This document shows positions 12,960 through 25,649 of a stretch of DNA of 64,000 nucleotides, in pieces (position 1 is the stretch's first letter; every line of letters starts with the position of its first letter). The stretch spans positions 4,404,001-4,468,000 of the forward strand of contig CM052818.1 of NCBI GenBank assembly GCA_028534125.1, read 5' to 3'. The notes under the pieces are model-generated. The model was not told the DNA's origin and made no database searches. It saw only the letters and a program-made list of their open reading frames with translations. The position numbers and the translations under genes are program-made. This DNA comes from Lama glama. Taxonomy: Eukaryota.

Positions 12960-13205
12960 TGGGGCAGGAGGGATAAATGAGGAGTTTGGGATTAACAGAT
13001 ACACACTACTATATATAAAATAGATAAACAACAAAGATCTACTGTATAGCACAGGGAACTGTATTCAATTTTTTGTAATAAGCTATAATGAAAAAGAATC
13101 TTAAAAAAAAGTATGTATGTATATGTATAACTGAACCCCTTTGCGGTTCACCTGAAACTAACACTGTAAATCAACTACACTTCAATTAAAAAATAAAATC
13201 AAAAA
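12960..13205 (+). mobile_element. LINE-1 3' end fragment
   Basis: gggattaacagatacacactactatatataaaatagataaacaacaaagatctactgtatagcacagggaac...cacctgaaactaacac followed by an A tail. Confidence 0.85.
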
Positions 13206-13272
13206 AAGGAAATTTACCTCACCCTCTTTTAATAATCATTTTGCCATGAGAACTTTTTCATATATTCCCTAC

Positions 13273-13517
13273 CTTTGGCTTGTAGATTTATTTTCATGTG
13301 CATATTTTAAATAAGAGTGCCCGGTTCTTTCTGACCTTGGTCCACGTGATCCTGGATAAAACGAAAGTGACGGGCCCCAGTTCTGTAGCCAGCAGACTGA
13401 AATGAAATCCTGAAGTGAAATAGTCGCTGAGCCCAAGAAATGAAGAGGAGCCTCTTTGTTTTTCTCAAAGGCTGCCGTTGGAACTTGCCGAGCTTTGCTC
13501 TGGCAGATCCACAAGGT
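13273..13517 (-). pseudogene. Pseudo-exon (245 nt) with a C2-like FLGSATISL motif
   Basis: Acceptor tccattgtttctaacag, donor aag|gtaggg. One frame is open end to end (TLWICQSKARQ...LHFLGSATISLQDFISVCWLQNW...). Confidence 0.65.
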
Positions 13518-13801
13518 CTGTTAGAAACAATGGAAGCACAGGCCCCGAGGGCTGGAAGGAATGATGCTTAAATCTTCATCTGCTCTAAATCCCTCACGTT
13601 AGAGATGCGGAAATGCATCCCAAACAGGGGTTGTGATCTTGAGAGGCACGTTTTCTATTTCTTATTTTTTAAGTTGTTTAAAAAATTCAAGTTCACTTTA
13701 ATAATGTTTATACTCTACTAATGCACAGGGACCTCAACATTTGTTGTGATTACTCTGCCCACATGGTGGAGGACATGGTGGGAAGGAAAAAAGCCCTGAA
13801 G

Positions 13802-13937
13802 AGGGGGAGGGGATATAGCTCAGTGGTAAAGAATGCTATGCAGAGCATGCAGAAGGTTCTGGGTTCAATCCCTAGTACCTTCATTAAAAAACAAACAAAA
13901 AACAAACAAACAAAAAAAAAAAAAAGGAAAAGAAAAA
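13802..13937 (+). mobile_element. tRNA-derived SINE (Vic-1-like)
   Basis: ggggaggggatatagctcagtggtaaag...gggttcaatccctagtacc followed by an A-rich tail. Confidence 0.85.
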
Positions 13938-14711
13938 AACTGGGGAAAATGCAGAGCTAAACACTGGACAAAACTTAAGGGACCTGGATCTGATTTACCA
14001 ACCTCCAAATTAGTAAAACACACGATCTGATTTACTTTATATAATCACAGACTCCAAGCATGAAATATAATAACAAGACAGCAATATGGAGCACTTCATG
14101 AACCATAGCTGGGTTTAAAAAGAAAAAAGGGAGTTTAAAAATTCACTTTCTTCACATTATCTGCTTCCTGTGTATCTTGGAAACATACTTATTTATTGTA
14201 TAAACCAAGTTGTAATTTTTTTTGACATTTACTGTTACATATTTCTACCTAATGAGTAGAAACACTAGTTGAGAAAATGGTGGAGATTATATTTTTGTTA
14301 TTTTTACACAATAGCCCAAAACATTCCAAATGAGAAAAAGTTGGTGAGTCTGTGGTTATGAGTGTTCCCAAATGTCTCCATGATTTGACTGTTTTCACAA
14401 AGTCAGAGAAATTGCGACTGTTAATCTTTCCCCTCATTTCAACTTCCAGGCTTGCTATCTGATGGACTAATGGCCCACGTCATTGGTGGCTTTAGTATGG
14501 CCTCCTGGGACCATTCTTCATGGAGGGGATTGACTTTTATTTAAATTCAGTTCTTAGACTTATGGTTGGGAAGCTGGAACCATTGTTATCAGAGCCCTCA
14601 GAAGCCTAGTGTGTTACATGAATACAAGAGCTGGCGAGGGAAACAGTTACAAAACAGCATGATCTGATTTTTATCTTAAAAAGAAAAATACATAAAAAAT
14701 GATACAGTGTG

Positions 14712-14714
<3 letters not shown>

Positions 14715-14751
<37 letters not shown>

Positions 14752-14753
14752 AC
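14715..14753. repeat. (CA)n microsatellite
   Basis: Direct reading. Confidence 0.95.
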
Positions 14754-16961
14754 AATTATGTATTTCAAACAGCAGCAGTATAATAAAGTGATGAAAATCT
14801 TGAGTTTTGGAATCATGCAGACCTGAGTTTTACTTCCAGCCCCAGCAATTAATCTCTACATGTCTTAGACCCACAAGATTATTTTCAGTCAACTGAAAAG
14901 ACTTTAAAATATGGTACAAGTTTCAAAGTATTTAAAATTGTGTCTTTATAAATTACTCATACTCATTCCTATGCTCTTCCAGCAATACCAATGATTCTTT
15001 ATGCCCTGCTAGCCAGCCAGGCTCAGATCCCTCAGTGCTTCACCAACGCTGGGTACTGGTGTGCTTTATTGGAGTTCAAAGTTCTTAAACTCAGTGTTTA
15101 TAGTGTCTAATCCTTCCACCCACTACTATCTAAACATCCTGTAGCCCCTGCCTGTCCGATCCCTATTTACTCTGTCACAAGAACATGCACATTTCAACCC
15201 CTGGTTGATCTGAGTCTGCTAAAACCTCTCTCCTGAACTCAACTCCATAAGTCCTTATTCTTAAACACACACCCTCTGAGCGCAAGGATCACTTTGTCCT
15301 GGGTCTCCAAACACCAGTCTTTTTCTCAAAGCATCTGCTAAAGGCAAATGATCAAATTTCAACATCTCTCTGGTGTTCAGGTTAATGAAGCTTTATTCTA
15401 CACTGAAAATATCCATTGCTAATTAGACCTTGAACGTGTACTTATTTAACTTAAAATGACAACTATCATACAAAAAGTTTTCATTTTGTAAAATCTCTCT
15501 ATCTGATATCATAAGAAGAGTTTTCTTGAATTGCTGCATAACAGAAAAGGTAAAAATAAGAGGTACAGTCACGGTTAAAACGAACTATAGGGTTCCGGAC
15601 TTCTCAATTAGAAGAAAGTCTTTCTCCTATAGCATCAAGATTGTTTTGGAATGAATAGCAGATTAAAATATATTGTGGTGGGTTGTGCTCTTATTTTGCA
15701 ATTTATTCAACTGCACGACAGACAGGAGGTTCCGTTCGGTCATGGCCCAGTATTTACCCAGGATTGTAGACATTGCAATCAATTTTAAAGTACTTTCTGT
15801 AACTTGCTTTCTGCAGATAAAACCATCCTTTGGCTCTTGGGTGTGTCCATTCTGATTGCTAATTTTAGTGTTTTATAGAATCCCATAAAAGGAAGTAAGG
15901 GAACAAGGGGACCCAGGGACTGAGTGTGGGTTGGAAGAGAGTGTAGGGTGAGGATTTCAAAGCTCAGGACTTGAGATTAGGGTAGGGGCAAGAGAGGAGG
16001 AGTGATGGTCAGAAAGAGTACAATTACATCTCTGGCTGGACCTGAATGCAGTTGTTAATGCTGGACCAGAGGCTCTACTGTTTCCTCATAGTCATTGACC
16101 CCCATTGCTTTTTTCAAATATCTTTTTGTTTCTTGGCAAACTATGCTTCTAAGGCTACTGCTACTACACTGAAAAAGGACACAGGTCCTGCTAATAGAAA
16201 ATGCTTTGACAGTTTGAAAGAGGGAGTCTTCTCTGCTTAGAAGTAATTAATGACTATACTGGTGTCTTGGAACTAGTATAAGCAGCTATTTTGGAAAAAA
16301 CAGTGGAAAAAGCTAATTGAGACTAACTGAGTGAAATCATCAGTGACAAAATCCACGTCTAAGGTGGGATGGGCCCTGGAACACAACGGCTACCGGGCAA
16401 AGGTGATCTGCTTGTATGTTAACATACCTCTTCCCTTAGATTTGTCACTCAGAATGATTAAGAGAATGCAGTCAGATTTTATGATACCCTGAAAATCCTC
16501 TTTAAAAATCACAGAACACAGAGAATTCAATGAAGAAAACTTACCAAAGTCTAGCCAAAGTTACCAAACATTTCATCTTTACTCAAAAATACACAATTTT
16601 TAATTAAAATATTTTCTTAGAAATACAACTTCCCCATTCTGACAAAATGCAGAAAATGTATCTACACTGCAATTTCTAGCTGTGACCTTGAGAATCTTAG
16701 CACTAGTACAATTTGCCAATTTTCCAGAACAAGTTCTACCTGTTATTAAATTTTCTATATCTCATATATTTTTATAATTTCTTTTCAAAAGAGAAAGTTA
16801 TATATTTTTAAAAGCATATTCATTAATCTTAGTGATATAATCCTGAACATGCAGGCATGCTTCATTTATTGAGTATTCTTAATTTACAACATAAATACTT
16901 TTGTATTATGTTGTACACTTTTATGTCCACAAGTACATTTCTTTAAAATAGTCCCTCCCTA

Positions 16962-17050
16962 GGGGGAGGGAAATAGCTCAGAGGTAGAGCACATGAGTGG
17001 CATGGAAGAGGTCCTGGGTTCAATCCCCAGTACTTCCATTGAAAGAAAAT
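16962..17050 (+). mobile_element. tRNA-derived SINE (Vic-1-like)
   Basis: ggggagggaaatagctcagaggtagag...gtcctgggttcaatccccagtac. Confidence 0.85.
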
Positions 17051-19361
17051 ATGCCTTTTTGGTTATTCTTACATTTTCTGGAAGAAATGCATTATAGAGA
17101 ATATGCTAGTGAAAATTTTAAATGTGGTTCCAACGAGTTTGCCCTGAAAAAAATAAATTTCTATAATAAATTTAATCATTACAAGGAAAACTGATATAAC
17201 CAGTCAATTCTTTTTTTGTTGTTGTTAAGATATTTCTAATTTAGAATATTGCACAAGGAAGAACTCATTCCAGGAGAATATCAGAATGAGAATTAACCAC
17301 CCAGTATGGATCTCAGGCTTGTCAATATGTTTAGTTATAACGCTACTTTTGTTGAAGCAAATTGTTTTCATATATCCATAGAATGTAAACATAGAGAAAC
17401 TATCTTGCAATTACCTTTATGTATAAATAATAGGCTGGTTTAATTTTCTGCCACTTACTTAGGATACCACAGAGAGAAAGAAAAATAGGATACAACTTTT
17501 TATGTAATTTTCCAGTAGTGTACGTACTTGATAGAGAAAAAACATAAAGCAATGTGTATCACACAAACAATTTTATTACCATATACATTGGATAGGCTAT
17601 GAGTGCATCTAGTAGATATTGTAACAAAATAGCACACACAGTTGACCTTAGAGCATGTGACATTTTCAGGAGATATCTTCAGCTGTTTTCAGTTTCTGAA
17701 GATTTCATATTCAGTTGCATGTGTAGCTCACTATGCGGCTTTGGTGCAACATTTTCATACGTTCCATTCTTCTTCATTGAGGATGACTGACAGATCGGCT
17801 TTGCTTATCTTTAAAGTCAAATGAAGTTTTGAATGAATCGGATTCGCTATTCAACAGAAAACAGAGTAAGGAGCCACTGTCCAGTCAGCCTTAATTAACC
17901 CATATTCTGTAAGTAAAGAGTGGTTGGTAATTAACTCGATATTCAAACTTCCAATCTAACCATTGAATATGTATTTTATAATGTTCAGTATAGGAGAGAT
18001 AGATTAATAATATGAAAAAAGTTCTTACTTAACTAGAAGGAGATTTATATATGAAAGGTATGAATTTTTTTTTTTACTGAAGTATAGTTGATTTACAATG
18101 TTGTGTTAGTTTCAAGTGGACAGCATAGTGATTCTGTTATACATACGTATATATCTATTCGTTTTCATATTCCTTTCCATTAGAGGTTAAACATCCATAT
18201 GTTATTTTTTTCCCATGTGCAGAATGGGAAAATAATCTTTAAAAATGCCACAAAAAGAATCAAAAGTCAAACTACAAGCTTGAGAGACAGCGTCCTAACA
18301 TAGGATAAGGGGATTATACACTTCACATACAAGATATTTTTATAAATCCCTACAAATGACACATTTCCCTAAGAAAAGCAGGCAATGGACAGGTACGTCA
18401 CAGGGATATACTCTTGGCAGTTGAGTTAAAAGATCAAAACTTAAGAAAAATGTTCAATAGTGCCAATAAACCAAGAAAAACAAATTATGATGAGGTACCA
18501 GTTTTTTAAAAACCTACATTTAAACAAAATGTCAATACATCGTTCGTACAGCTATTGGCAAATGAGCACTGCTGGTGGGAGTCTACAATGATACAAACTT
18601 CCTTGAGAGTAATCTTGAGAGTAAAATTATATATTATAGAAAATCTTGAAAACATTTATACCTTTTGTTTCTATAATTCCACTACTATGAATGTATGCTA
18701 CAAAAACAGAGATAGGCACAAAGATTTACTAAGATGTTTAACACACTGTTGTCTGTAATAGAAAAAGCTGAAAACAACCAAAATCAAAATTAAGTGATAG
18801 GAGATTCTTTAAATCAATTATGGCATACATTAACATTAATGAATTTATAAAAATTAAGAATTCTTGAAGAATATGTACAGATGTGGGAAATTGTTCCAAA
18901 ATATTAAGTAGAAAAGTATGTTAAAGACAGTAGGTCCCAATTATATATATGATATATATTTAAATATATTACATATATATAAATTTTTTTTTGGTATATA
19001 TACATAGAGGAAAGATTGGATACAATCTTTGGATACACATCCAGATATAAATAATGATTATCTCTTGCTGATACGATTACAGATGATTTGCCATTCTTCG
19101 TAATTTTCTGTATGTAAAACATTTTCCATAATAACCACATTATTGATGCAACAGTTCTCCTCCAACGGGCCCTTTACAATTAAGCTTTTCCATTTATGTC
19201 ACTAAAAAGATCACCCAGTGTCCAGAGTCAGGCAAAAGAGAGAGCAGACTTGCTCAGAAGTGGACCGTTCAGAGTAGTTCCCTCTAGTGGAAACAATGGA
19301 GGTAAAGGACAGGTTACTAATGCGTAATATTGAGACTCAGTGCTCCTCACTCTCCACACAC

Positions 19362-19700
19362 CCATCTAGAAAACGCCATACTACAATATGCCCCAGTTAT
19401 GGTTTCCTGTGCCGCAAGGGTGTGGATTAGCCTTAATGGCACTATAATGACATCGCATTGCCTCCCTATGCCCAAGAAAAATCAGGGGGGACCTCGGAGA
19501 TCTGCCATCCCAAAACAATTAATTCTTAGTAGCTGTGGGTAATAATCTGCAAAACATTGTTCTTTTTTCTAGGGATCAGCCTGTCCTGGTTTGGATACCT
19601 TTTCATATAGCAGATGGGTTAAGTCAAAGAATGGATTTTCTATGCCAAACCAAACTTCTCTTGCCAGTTTACTCATTTCCTTTCCTTTGGAAGCCCAGGT
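19362..19700 (-). pseudogene. Putative first coding pseudo-exon, ATG at 19676
   Basis: One frame: MSKLAREVWFGIENPFFDLTHLLYEKVSKPGQADP*KKEQCFADYYPQLLRINCFGMADLRGPP*FFLGIGRQCDVIIVPLRLIHTLAAQETITGAYCSMAFSRW. Donor gtgtgt, or alternative gtgagg at 19350. Confidence 0.55.
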
Positions 19701-22146
19701 CTACCTTGAAAATTCCCCGATAAAAAAAAACTCGATGATTCAAGGAAGAGGATTCAGTCTGTTGCATGCTCAAAGTCCTGATTCAGCAGTAAGGAATGTT
19801 ATTTTTAGATGGAATATAAAACTGAAACCCTGATCCCTTATTTATTAAAGCTCTCCTAGGAATCTTTGTGAGAGGACAGATTTAGAACTTTATCCTTTAC
19901 ACACTCTCTTAGTATTTTAAAATTTCTCTATAGTGTCCTGATTGCTACTTGAAATCTGTATTAACGCTGTGGGTAAAATATAGAAATCAGATTATAGTAA
20001 AAAATAAAAATCTTTAGTGAAAGCAAAGTAAATTAACTACTAATTCTATGCAGTTGCCAAACATTTTTATAAATAAATTTCAAATTGTCTATTATGTTGA
20101 AAAAGCCACATTAAACATTTTAATATAGAATATATGCATTTTTGTTGATAAAAGTACTGACAATATTCTTAAAATTTTTCGCTTTTCAGTCTCTCTCTAA
20201 TATGTTCACAATGCATTTTTTCTGACATTAGCACAGTTTTGTTTGTTCAAATATGCTTTTCTGGGCCTTTTTTTTTTTTTTGAGTGTCTATTACACGTTT
20301 GTTCAAATGCCAAGGGCTCCTAAGCTAGTTTCACTTAACTTGTTATGTCTGAAATTCGCTCACCCTCCTAATAAACAAACAGTGTATTAGTGGTTGGTGA
20401 GGGATATTTTCAGGTAAAGGACCTAGATGAGTGTTGACTGATGGAACTTTTTGTGATGGCCAATATGGCAGCCACGAGGTATACAACTATCAAGCACTTG
20501 AAATGTAGCTACTGAGACAGAAAAACTGACTTTTAATTTTATTCAATTTTAATTGAAATGTAAACAGCTACCGTGGCTCATGGCTACCATATTACACAGC
20601 ATAGATTTAGTCTTAAATGAGTATCCAAAATTCATACAGAAAAGGACTGGAGCCAGAGGTGGAGTCAGAACTAGGACCTCACCCTAGTGCAGAACATGTA
20701 GATGCTGTGAGTGTGTAAGTATGTAAGACAGTTAATAAGTATGACAACCAGGTCTTCTCAAGTACAATAATATATCTGCTTTACATTTAAATCATATTTT
20801 CTCTTATGTTTGGGTAAGTATTGTTTACACAGATGCTATAAGGTAAACATTCAGTGAATTAGTAAAATGGAAATACTATCAAAGTTCAAATAAATGGCTT
20901 TTTCTTTGTTTTCACTTGTATGTGCAAGAGGCCAAAGAAATAAGTAAGAATTCTAATTCAGAACCACTATTTCAAGACACACTCTAGGACATCTCAGTGG
21001 ATACACATGAACGTAAACCAATTGCCTGCACGACTCCACCTGTTTTGGTCCCCTTGACCACACCGCTGGACCACTCCTTTCATTTTGAACCCCTCTCCTT
21101 CAGCTCCCTGAGCATCCGTGCTGGGTCTCCTGCCCTTCTGCTCAGTCCATTATCTTCTCTGTGACTTCTTTCTCTTTTGGCCACTTGAGTGTAGGTGTTA
21201 CCTTTGGTTCTGCCCTTAGTCTGGCCCTATTGCTTCTATGCTGTCTGATTTCTGCCCTCTATCTCATGGTTTCAATTGTTATCTTCATGCAGATAATTAC
21301 CCAAGTGACCCAATTTAATGTACTTATCATATGGAAAAATAACCAGCACAGAAATAGAAAGTTCATCATGTAAAGAGTGTAAATACATTGCCTTTAAAAA
21401 CACTGGGTTTTTCCTTCAACACATGGAATTAGATATGGATTTTCGAGGTTCCAGAAAAATCTCAGGAAGTCTCATTACTCCTTTTCTTTTTGGCCCAGTA
21501 TATAATACAGAAATAACTTACATAATTAACTTATCACATAGTTTTGGTGAACTTTTTCTAATTAAGAAGTATTTCTAATCTGTGTTGCATCTGAAAAGCA
21601 AATGATAGAGGATTTTATTTTGAACAGATTCAATGTTATTCATCCCCTTATGGGAATTAGGAAAGTTGCATGCAACTCATACTTAAAAAGTAGTTACGCT
21701 CAAAATTTAAAAAAAATTCCATCCAGTACTTGGTATACATTTTCCCCAAACTCATTAATTCATAAAGTCATATATTTCTAAGAGCATTGTTTTCTATCAT
21801 GTTTTTAATAGCAAATATGCAGAGTTCCAACTACATTATAATTTAGGTAGGCTTTTGTAAGGAAGGCCATTGTTTACAGAACTCTTTGTAAAATGGTTTC
21901 TATGGAGAAATGAGTTTCCAAGATGGAACTTAGAATCCTTGGCTCATACCTCCACTGCTTAGCAAGACGGGAACTAGCCACTTCCCTGCTGTCTCAGGTG
22001 CCAAGGAACCTCCCCTCCACCACACCCTGGAGCAGGGGGCCGGCCTGCATCCTCGCTTTCTTCTCACTACAAAAAAGGACTCTGGGAAGGATGGCAAGCA
22101 ACCTTAGTGCCTACTGCAATGGCAAAACGGTACAAAATAGTCTTTT

Positions 22147-22270
22147 CTGTTTTTTAAGGAGGGAGGTAATTAGGTTTGTTTGTTTGTTTGTGATGGAGGT
22201 ACTGGGGATTGAACCAGGACCTTGCGAATGCTAGGCACACACTCTACCCCTGAGCTATACCCTCTCCTCC
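22147..22270 (-). mobile_element. tRNA-derived SINE (Vic-1-like)
   Basis: gaggtactggggattgaacc...tgagctataccc (reverse consensus). Confidence 0.85.
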
Positions 22271-23946
22271 AAAATATTCTTAAATCTGGGATTCCAGAAC
22301 TTGGACATACACATTTTATCTAGGAGGAGAGGTAGATGTTTCCCCTAAACATGTACTAAAAAGGAACAGACATTACCGACAGTGGTTTAAATGGTTTCTC
22401 CTTTTTAATTGGCATTTTCTTCCCACATATGAGTATAAAATTAAACATGATTTCTCATTGACGTTAGTCAATACAGTCATGAATAAGAGTGGGTATTTTG
22501 GGGGTAATACTGCAGTGGAATGTTTTAAACAATTACAGAAACGGTCATTTATTTCTTCTGCCACTCTTAAAGATTAAGTGTAAGTAAATGCCAGTAATCA
22601 GGCCTTTAAGAATAAGGCAGATTTGTGGATATCACAATGACCTTGAAGGTCTACACATGATAAAACTTCCTGTGACACTTCTAACTTCTTAAAGATAATT
22701 GCAGAGACATTGAAGCCTAAGGCTGCCTATGGTTACACAGGACTGTAAACATTATTCTCTCTCTTTCTTAAAACTTTTCTTTCTTTCTTTTCTTTTCTAC
22801 TTAGTAGCTTTATTACCATCTCTGGGTCCTTTTTCTTATCATGATGTAAGGGGGAACTTGAAGATTTCAATTTCCATCTCTGTTTTTAAGTTGACCCCCA
22901 CATCGCTATTCCTTGCCACCCCGCACCTCCAGCTGCTGCTTGGGTGCTTCCACAGGGATATCTCACCAGCAACACAAATTGAGCATTTTAAAATCCAATC
23001 TCATCTCTTTTCACTCAACAGTCAAACTTCTCCCGACTTCTCTATTTTTCCCAATGCATCACTCTTTCCTGTCATCCAGATATAACTAGTCATCTTTTAT
23101 TGCCACTTCTTCTTGTTCTTAACATTGGCTATATTGCACAGTGGGTCCATTTTTGCTTCATGTCTTTCCTGTTTACCTCATCCTCCTCTCGGCCATTGGT
23201 ACATCTCATTACCTCATACCTGACCATTACCGATCTTGTAACTGTCGTCTCTGTCTTTAAGTGTCACTCCCTCCAGCTTACCTCCATTAACTCTCCAACA
23301 GTCATCTTTTATTTGATAACTTTTCCAGGAAAAAATAATCCACTCATTAGATATGTCCTTTGCCTCTTCACTATTCTAATTACTTAAAGACATGTGTGCT
23401 TTTCACAGGACTATTTGGTACCTGTTCCTTCTCATATCAATCCTGACACCTAAACTTAAGGGGAAAAGGCAAAAAAGAGAATTTTTTTTTATCATACTTT
23501 CTTTTTTTGGCCTTAGGAGAAAAATCTGGGTATTAGAGGTGCATTTTGGCTTTACCTCTTTCAATGGATCCAGATAGACTAATTCGTTTCAGTGTCAGAG
23601 ATGAACCGGCTACATGTCTATGTATTAAGCAATATACACAAAGCCGGGAGAATGTAGGTGGTAAACTCTGGTAGATTTGTAGGATGGGAAGAAGCAAGTG
23701 AACTGGCCTTGTGTCTCCTGGTCTCATCACTCACATAGGCTAACCAATGTTTCACAGTACCTAGCTCTTGAATTTCTGATTTAGATTCACAATAGATATT
23801 TGTTGAATTATTACAGTCTGAATTGGCTCAAATCATGACAGAATTATGGGTTACTCTAAACCTACTGCATCCCATATAGCTCAAATTCCTTCCTAGTATT
23901 TAATCCTCAGTCAGTGTGATAATTTGATTTTCACTAAATATGCCCA

Positions 23947-23950
<4 letters not shown>

Positions 23951-23985
<35 letters not shown>
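23951..23985. repeat. (CA)n microsatellite
   Basis: Direct reading. Confidence 0.95.
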
Positions 23986-23989
<4 letters not shown>

Positions 23990-25649
23990 GATTATCTCTG
24001 CGAGGTGGAGTTGTGGGGGAGGAATTTTTTTTTAATATTGTACTTTAAAAAAATGAGCTTCTCAATTTCATGATGAAAAACTTATTAAAAATAATATACC
24101 TAGAACATGCAAGGCGACAATTTGCCTTGTTTTGGAATACCTATTAGCATCTCAATAGCAACATATCTAAGTCAAGCCTCTTAGATTAAATGGTGGAAGA
24201 AACGAAGTCATTTCTTGGCCTTTCCTTGACACATTCTGTGTGATACAGCTGGTCAGCAGCCTAAGTTACTTTTCCTTGTTGATCCTGACACAGAAACAAA
24301 GTAGTTCGTAAAGAAAAGGGCGGTTGCAGGGAGACCCAGGGCCCACCAGCCAAGCCTCGATTAGAAAAGATGAGTGTTTATCATACTGAGAAATAATTGG
24401 CACAGAAGAATAAAACTCTCACGTAAGGAGCTTTAACAGGCTGCCTTTAAAAACACTATGGCTTTCTATTAAACTACTCGAAAGGATTTGTCAACGAAGT
24501 TTATGACCACCCAGTGAACATTTCTTGCTCTCTCTCTCTGTCACACACACACACACAAAACACACGAAATTATCAAGATTTGAAAAGGAGTAGCTGGTTA
24601 AACCTGTTGCAAAATGTTTTCTTCATTATCTTCATCACACCTCGCCCGGCAGCTCTCCGCCCCTCGCCCCTTTTCACCAAACATAACTTTCCTCTTTAAT
24701 GCTTTTCTGGACTCCATTTCGAACACTGGAGTCTGAATTTTCCGGGAATGATAATTGCCACCAAAGTAGATACAGCCCTTCTACACGGACAATTGAGCTG
24801 TCTTCAAATGTTTTTCAAAAACAAACACTGCCGCTCCGCGTCAAAAGGAAGCCTGGAGGGTTTAAGGAAAATACAGAGCTGGGTGCGAAAAGCTTTGCGG
24901 AGTGGAAGGCAGCCCCTCTACTCGGTGGTCCTGCGACTCCCCGCGCCTCAAGCTGCGGCGCAGCTCTGGCCCTCCTCCTGTCTTTCCGACCCGGACCTGA
25001 CTGCCAGCCCACACTGAAGTGGGGGCCTGAGGGCGCAGCAGCGGGATGACAACAGTCTAGATGCGCCATGCATTCTGCAGGGGGTCCACGGCGATACACC
25101 TGTCTTCAAGTGCAAACCGATCCTCTCTAGCCCCACGGCTGGGATTTTCCCCTTTTTGGTGGGGAGTCTGGGTGGTTTCGACACCTCAAGGCCGCTATCT
25201 GCTCTCCTCCCCCGCGAAGCCCCCACTCCAGGGCCCGCGTCCCCCTCCGGCCGGTGCTCGCGCACCCTTTGCATTTCCTTCCTCCCAGGGCACCCTCGCA
25301 TTTCCTCCTTCCCCTCCCGGCCCTGCCTCCCCTCCATCCCCTCCCATCCCCTCCCGCCTCCAGCCACAAGACAGGAAGGGCTCCACCACGCGACGTCACC
25401 GACGTCCGCGCCCCCGCCCCCGCGCTCCCCCCGCCCCGCACGCAGGGGGGCGGCCGGCGGAGGGGCGAACGTGGTCGGCGCGCTCGGCGCTCCCCAACCA
25501 GAGCTCGCCAGAGCGCCGCGGGTTCCCGGATGTGCGGCGCTCACGGAAGCCCCGCCCCCGCCGCCGGCTCCGCGCGCGCCCCCGCCCTCCGCCCCGCGCG
25601 CCGCTGCGCTCCGCTTTCCCCTCCCTCTCCCGCCCTCCCCCTTTTTCGT

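Larger units (their letters stand above)
2472..19700 (-). pseudogene. Candidate decayed multi-exon gene (unitary pseudogene) of unknown identity, divergent from PPP3R1
   Basis: About 25-28 AG..GT-bounded blocks on the - strand: 19700-19362, 17846-17580, 17457-17415, 16638-16545, 16488-16428, 16232-~16028, ~15810-15665, 14458-14249, 13517-13273, 12832-12635, 12405-12238, 12047-11971, 11676-11572, 10831-10742, 10023-9873, 9597-9385, 8272-8027, 7911-~7804, 7747-7616, 7510-7438, 7326-7194, ~6875-6788, 6720-4693 (L1 inside), 4517-4446, 4355-4198, 3210-3160, 2956-2705, 2602-2472. Many are multiples of 3 or phase-compatible, with protein-like frames containing sparse stops. Confidence 0.75.

Noticed and set aside
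16489..16544. 56-nt implied intron in the pseudogene model
   Set aside because: Shorter than a normal mammalian intron. It is either eroded by deletion or one boundary is wrong, so it is treated as a caveat and not a finding.
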